Assembly: GCF_001465295.1 (NCBI RefSeq)
Contig: NZ_CP011034.1
Location: forward strand, 990,001 to 1,022,000
DNA: 32,000 nt
Direction of reading: 5' to 3'
Origin: Pseudoalteromonas translucida KMM 520
GTDB taxonomy: Bacteria > Pseudomonadota > Gammaproteobacteria > Enterobacterales > Alteromonadaceae
How positions within the stretch are numbered: position 1 is the first letter of the stretch; each line of letters starts with the position of its first letter. Both the position numbers and the translations under genes were made by a program. A model generated the notes under the pieces. It saw nothing but the letters and a program-made list of their open reading frames with translations, was not told where the DNA came from and did not search any database. Of the stretch, positions 27,988 to 32,000 are shown piece by piece.

Positions 27988-28054
27988 TCCCCAGCTCCCC
28001 ATTCTGGGGAGTAAATCTTATTAATGAAAACAGTCAATCTTTATAGAGGACGGT

Positions 28055-28303
28055 ATGGTAACTATTCGTTTGCAACGTGGTGGCGCTAAAAAACGCCCTT
28101 TCTATCAAATTGTGGTTGCGGATAGCCGTTTCTCGCGTGACGGTCGCTTCATCGAGAAAGTAGGCTTTTTTAACCCAATTGCTGCAGGTCAAGAAGAAAA
28201 AATTCGTTTAGATTTACCACGTGTTGAACACTGGGTAGGTCAGGGCGCGTCTCTTTCAGATCGCGTAGCTAAGTTAGTAAAAGACGCTCGTAAAGCGGCT
28301 TAA
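28055..28303 (+). CDS. rpsP: 30S ribosomal protein S16
   Basis: 82 aa. [41 protein letters not shown] is the canonical S16 sequence. The SD is GAGGA. Confidence 0.97.
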
Positions 28304-28320
28304 TAGGCGTAAGTGTAACC

Positions 28321-28857
28321 ATGAGTCAAGAGAACACCTCATCAATAATTGTCGTAGGAAAGCTCGGTGCCCCGTATGGTATAAAGGGCTGGCTTAAGGT
28401 ACATTCATTTACTGATGATCCCGCAGGGATCTTCGATTTCAGCCCGTGGTTGATAGGGCAGCAAGGTAAATGGCAGACCTTAGAAGTGGTCGACTGGCGT
28501 CGCCACAACAAAGGCTTTATCGCTAAATTTGCGCAAGTAAACGATCGAGACGAAGCAGTGGCTTATACCCACGCAGAAATCTCAATGGATTCAGCGCAAT
28601 TACCAGAACTCCCGCAAGGTGAGTTTTATTGGCGAGATCTCATTGGCATGTCGGTTGTAACTGATAAAGGTTACGATTTAGGCATTGTTGATGACCTAAT
28701 GGAGACAGGGTCAAATGACGTACTGGTTGTGAAAGCAAACAGTAAAGATGCATTTGGTCAAGCTGAGCGTTTAATTCCGTTTTTAACTGATACAGTTATT
28801 ATCGAAGTTAAACACGACGCAAGAGAAATTACCGTAGACTGGGATCCAGGGTTTTAA
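28321..28857 (+). CDS. rimM: 16S rRNA processing protein RimM
   Basis: 178 aa. [42 protein letters not shown] and VDWDPGF match RimM. The operon position is conserved. Confidence 0.93.
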   Translation: MSQENTSSIIVVGKLGAPYGIKGWLKVHSFTDDPAGIFDFSPWLIGQQGKWQTLEVVDWRRHNKGFIAKFAQVNDRDEAVAYTHAEISMDSAQLPELPQGEFYWRDLIGMSVVTDKGYDLGIVDDLMETGSNDVLVVKANSKDAFGQAERLIPFLTDTVIIEVKHDAREITVDWDPGF

Positions 28858-29624
28858 TGACGCAAACGAGTTCATTATGGGTAGGGGTGATAAGCCTTTT
28901 TCCTGACATGTTTGACGCTATTACAGACCAGGGTGTTACCGGTCGCGCAGTAAAAAGTGGCTTAATTGATTTTAACTGCTGGAATCCGCGAGACTACGCT
29001 TTAGATAAGCATAGAACCGTGGACGATCGTCCTTACGGGGGCGGACCAGGTATGTTAATGATGGTTGAGCCATTAAAAAAAGCGATTGCCGAGGCTAAAA
29101 AAGCTGCAGGTGATGGTGCTAAAGTAATTTATATGTCCCCACAAGGGCGCAAACTAGATCAGCAAGGAGCTAGCGAACTCGCAAGCTCTAAAAAACTGAT
29201 TTTGATTGCCGGTCGCTATGAAGGTATAGATGAGAGAATAATAGAGTCATACGTTGACGAAGAATGGTCAATTGGTGATTTTATTTTGAGTGGTGGTGAA
29301 CTACCAGCCATGACATTAATTGACGCAGTAGCGCGATTAGTGCCTGGCGTATTAGGTCATAACCAATCAGCAGAACAAGACTCATTTTCGGATGGCTTGT
29401 TAGATTGTCCTCACTATACACGGCCAGAAACATTGGACGACAAACAGGTGCCTGCTGTATTGCTCAGCGGAAACCACCAAGAGATAGCAAAATGGCGGCT
29501 TATGCAGTCATTAGGCAGAACTTGGCTACGCCGTCCTGACTTGTTGCATAACCTAGCTCTGACTGAGGAGCAAGCGGTATTACTCGCGAAATTTCAGCAA
29601 GAGTACCAAAAAGCTTGTGGCTAG
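28857..29624 (+). CDS. trmD: tRNA (guanine37-N1)-methyltransferase
   Basis: 255 aa. [60 protein letters not shown] and [11 protein letters not shown] are present. It overlaps the rimM stop as TAATG. Confidence 0.96.
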   Translation: MTQTSSLWVGVISLFPDMFDAITDQGVTGRAVKSGLIDFNCWNPRDYALDKHRTVDDRPYGGGPGMLMMVEPLKKAIAEAKKAAGDGAKVIYMSPQGRKLDQQGASELASSKKLILIAGRYEGIDERIIESYVDEEWSIGDFILSGGELPAMTLIDAVARLVPGVLGHNQSAEQDSFSDGLLDCPHYTRPETLDDKQVPAVLLSGNHQEIAKWRLMQSLGRTWLRRPDLLHNLALTEEQAVLLAKFQQEYQKACG

Positions 29625-29657
29625 AAGACAGTTACACCTAGGAAAGTGAGAAACATA

Positions 29658-30017
29658 ATGGCAAAAGTAAACCAAAATATTATTAAAGCGCTTGAAGATG
29701 AGCAGCTTAAAACAGACGTACCTGCATTCGGCGCTGGTGATACAGTAGTTGTACAGGTAAAAGTAAAAGAAGGTGCTAAAGAGCGTCTACAGGCCTTTGA
29801 AGGTGTTGTAATCGCTAAGCGTAATCGTGGTCTTCACTCAGCATTCACAGTTCGTAAAATTTCGAACGGTGAAGGCGTTGAGCGTGTATTCCAAACGCAC
29901 AGCCCTCTTATTGATAGCGTAACAGTTAAGCGTCGCGGTGCAGTTCGCCGTGCTAAGCTTTACTATCTACGTGAGCGTTCTGGTAAATCTGCACGTATTA
30001 GAGAAAAACTTAACTAA
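29658..30017 (+). CDS. rplS: 50S ribosomal protein L19
   Basis: I prefer the ATG at 29658 ([13 protein letters not shown]..., 119 aa) with the SD AGGAAAG, over the upstream GTG at 29646. [41 protein letters not shown] is near-identical to E. coli L19. Confidence 0.96.
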
Positions 30018-30037
30018 TACGCGCTGTTTATCAACGC

Positions 30038-30080
30038 AAAAAAACGGGTTGCATCCTTCGGGTTGCAACCCGTTTTGGTT
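30038..30080. terminator. Rho-independent terminator after rplS, bidirectional in form
   Basis: A7 (30038-30044) - AACGGGTTGCA (30043-30053) - 10-nt loop - TGCAACCCGTT (30064-30074) - TTTTGGTT. The U-tract is actually cleaner on the minus strand (7 U) than on the plus strand. Confidence 0.8.
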
Positions 30081-30693
30081 TCTATAACATAAAATTTCAG
30101 GCTAAATGCTAAAGCTCAAACTCAAACTAAAGATAAAACCACAGCCGTTGGACTAGAAGCAGCACTGTAGTTATATTTACTGGCATAGTTAGGCTTCCTT
30201 TATTGCTAAACACAAAGTTCACCCCGATAAAATCTTCATCAATGCGTGTTTTAACACCTTTTTAACTTACCCGCAGAATACGTAATAACCCAATTAACGC
30301 CAGCATAGTAATAATTTTGCTCAAGCAAAACTTAAGCTCAATACACCTAAGCCAAATAAATAAAGTGCAACAAATAAAAAACGGCTGATGGATTATAGTA
30401 TTAAACCTGAACTCTGGTTAAGAGATTTACTAACGTATTGAATCATATTTATATTTAATTTTATTTTCTCTAGCCAGAGGTTTTCAGTGAAAACAAGGCG
30501 AATTTACGCGTCAATAGCTGGCCTATTGCAAGAAAATTCAACGTAGTTAGCGCTGAAAATAGCTGCTTGAGATAAGTTTATTATCCGGAGCTCAGGTTTT
30601 TTAAGGAAATAGGATGATGAAAATCGCTCAAAAAGAGGGCGCTAAGTGTAATTAGGTTATAACTTGAAGGGTATTGGGTGGGCAGTAAAGATT

Positions 30694-30724
30694 GCGGTAA
30701 GGGCGCTTTATACGACCTTACCGC
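30694..30724 (-). terminator. Possible terminator hairpin downstream of mscS
   Basis: GCGGTAAGG (30694-30702) and CCTTACCGC (30716-30724) form a perfect 9-bp stem with a 13-nt loop, about 42 nt past the mscS stop. The U-tract on the minus strand is weak (AATCTTT). Confidence 0.4.
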
Positions 30725-30765
30725 GACTATGTTATTAGGCTAGTTGAACCTATGCACAATATAAA

Positions 30766-31599
30766 TTACTTAACGTTATGAACATGTACATCGCGTTGTG
30801 GGAAAGGAATAGAAATACCTTCTTTATCAAACGCTTTTTTCACTTTTTCTTGCATGTCCCAGTAGTAAGGCCATAAGTCACCTGTGGCAACCCAAGCGCG
30901 GAACATTAAGTTAACTGAGTTATCGCCAAGGCTGGCAACACAAATACGCGGTCCAGGCTCTGTTAAAGAGCGCTCGTCTTCTTCAAATAAGCGTTTTAAG
31001 ATAGCCTTTGCCGTATCTATGTCATCGTTATACGAAATCCCAAAGGTCATATCACAGCGGCGTTTGTCATAAATACTCACGTTTACTAGTGCCGCATTTG
31101 ATAGGCTGCCGTTTGGAATAACAATGCGGCGGTTATCGAAGGTATCTACTACTGTGTATAAAATTTGAATTTCGACAACTGCGCCCGTGAAGCCCTGTGC
31201 TTCGATAGTATCGCCAACCTTGAACGGTTTAAATATTAGCAACAGCACACCGCCAGCAAAGTTAGCTAGACTGCCTTGCAGTGCAAGACCTATTGCCAGG
31301 CCTGCAGCACCAATTACTGCGATGAATGAGGTGGTTTCGATACCCACCATAGAGGCCACCGAAATAAGTAGCATAATTTTTACTATAGCGCTAATTAAGC
31401 CACACAAAAACTTGTTTAGTGTTGGATCTTTTTTGCCTAGTCGATTATCTAAAACCTTAATAAAGCGGTTGATCAGCCATAGGCCAACCAGTAAAGTAAT
31501 AATAGCGAGCACAAATTTTGGTGCGTAAGTCATAACGAGTGATATGGCTTGGTCTATTAATTGTGAAGCATCTACATCTGTTCCTAAAACTTCTTCCAT
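30766..31599 (-). CDS. mscS: Small-conductance mechanosensitive channel MscS
   Basis: It aligns by eye with E. coli MscS from the Met at 31599 (MEEVLGT..; 277 aa). Matching segments include IAVIGAAGLAIGLALQGSLANFAGGVLLLIFKPFKVGD, VIPNG......N and FRAWV..GDLW.YYWD. AGGA lies 9-12 nt upstream of this ATG. The 24-aa upstream extension in the ORF track has no MscS counterpart. Confidence 0.88.
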   Translation of the reverse strand: MEEVLGTDVDASQLIDQAISLVMTYAPKFVLAIITLLVGLWLINRFIKVLDNRLGKKDPTLNKFLCGLISAIVKIMLLISVASMVGIETTSFIAVIGAAGLAIGLALQGSLANFAGGVLLLIFKPFKVGDTIEAQGFTGAVVEIQILYTVVDTFDNRRIVIPNGSLSNAALVNVSIYDKRRCDMTFGISYNDDIDTAKAILKRLFEEDERSLTEPGPRICVASLGDNSVNLMFRAWVATGDLWPYYWDMQEKVKKAFDKEGISIPFPQRDVHVHNVK

Positions 31600-31718
31600 T
31601 TTGTGGGTCCTGTTTATTTTAATTACTATATTGAATAATATAAGAATAAACGTGATAACTCCACTATGCAATAAAACGCAGGCTTTTTAGCTTGCTGATT
31701 TGCTTTTATTGACTGCGG

Positions 31719-31751
31719 CTTTAGGGTAAATAATCAATATTTACCCTAAAG
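31719..31751. repeat. Perfect 14-bp inverted repeat (CTTTAGGGTAAATA - ATCAA - TATTTACCCTAAAG) in the mscS / chorismate-mutase divergent region
   Basis: Read directly from the sequence. There are no flanking A/T runs, so it does not look like a terminator. Confidence 0.6.
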
Positions 31752-31900
31752 GTATTCGGTGCTTCTCAATGTATTGTTTTTCAACTTAACCTTTTACTTA
31801 TTTAGCCTTTTATCAGGCTATTGATCCTGTTAGTATTTATCGTATTGATTAGTTTACTTTTATGTAAACTTAAGTTGGCATTTTTGCTTTTTAAGGTGGT

Positions 31901-32000
31901 ATGCAAGTGGCGGATATAAATGATTTAGCCCAGTTAAGAGTGGGTATTGATGAGTGTGATACACAGTTGGTGGCATTGCTGGCAAGGCGTAATTCGCTTA
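31901..32000 (+). CDS. Chorismate mutase domain protein, N-terminal fragment (pheA/tyrA-type; continues beyond the window)
   Basis: The ATG at 31901 is preceded by the SD AAGGTGG. Translation MQVADINDLAQLRVGIDECDTQLVALLARRNSL fits the AroQ chorismate mutase N-terminal helix pattern (L..LR..ID..D..L..LLA.R..L) of E. coli PheA/TyrA. In E. coli, pheA/tyrA also lie a few genes beyond rplS. Only 33 codons are visible. Confidence 0.55.
   Translation, partial: MQVADINDLAQLRVGIDECDTQLVALLARRNSL

Noticed and set aside
27813-28037. 74-aa minus-strand ORF between ffh and rpsP
   Set aside because: It spans the ffh terminator hairpin and the predicted rpsP promoter and leader hairpin. This is more parsimoniously a regulatory spacer. 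The translation has no recognisable features.
29646-29657. GTG start for rplS at 29646 and TTG start for the lipoprotein at 23327, as used in the ORF track
   Set aside because: In-frame ATGs at 29658 (rplS) and 23354 (lipoprotein) give N-termini matching the L19 length and a proper lipoprotein signal peptide respectively. For rplS the ATG also has better SD spacing.
31600-31671. 24-codon N-terminal extension of mscS (MHSGVITFILILFNIVIKINRTHK) given by the ORF track
   Set aside because: Alignment by eye to E. coli MscS begins at the internal Met (MEEVLGT.. versus MEDLNVV..). That Met has an AGGA upstream, and the extension has no counterpart.
31719-31870. Canonical TyrR boxes (TGTAAA-N6-TTTACA) upstream of the chorismate-mutase gene
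   Set aside because: The GTAAA/TTTAC words are present, but with N9 spacing in one site and inverted half-site order in the other. Neither is a canonical TyrR box, so I report them only as palindromes.

Overview
The window reads as a compact, mostly core-genome stretch of a roughly 40% GC gammaproteobacterium. The proteins look Alteromonadales/Pseudoalteromonas-like, but the taxon is inference only. Gene order: ribF' - ileS - lspA - fkpB - ispH > algZ(fimS) - algR > pilV - pilW - pilX - pilY1 - pilE > < fimT-like < fimU-like | glnB > < bamD | rluD - pgeF > clpB > < aer-like MCP | gshA > lipoprotein > < yfjD < ypjD | ffh > rpsP - rimM - trmD - rplS > ~750 bp ORF-poor spacer < mscS | chorismate-mutase gene' (runs off the window). 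Several blocks match E. coli synteny: ribF-ileS-lspA-fkpB-ispH, bamD/rluD-yfiH-clpB, and yfjD-ypjD/ffh/rpsP-rimM-trmD-rplS. Convergent gene pairs are separated by clean bidirectional rho-independent terminators. I saw no rRNA, tRNA, CRISPR array, transposase, integrase, phage genes or recognisable defence/toxin system. I do not have convincing evidence for an undescribed multi-gene system here. The only accessory-like part is the type IV pilus minor-pilin locus (about 5.0-13.8 kb). It has four notable features. First, an AlgZ/AlgR-type two-component pair sits directly upstream, with two AlgR-like direct-repeat boxes in front of pilV. Second, two inverted GspH-family genes abut pilE stop-to-stop. 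Third, one of those genes carries a C-terminal GRxR motif (candidate DNA-receptor pilin FimT) and a non-canonical +1 residue. Fourth, PilY1 has a complete vWA MIDAS, a duplicated Cys-loop insert and two EF-hand-like loops. The second place worth a look is the long non-coding spacer between rplS and mscS, which holds a MITE-like or structured inverted-repeat element and a tiny hydrophobic ORF. All functional calls come from reading motifs in the supplied translations and from remembered family knowledge; no database search was run.
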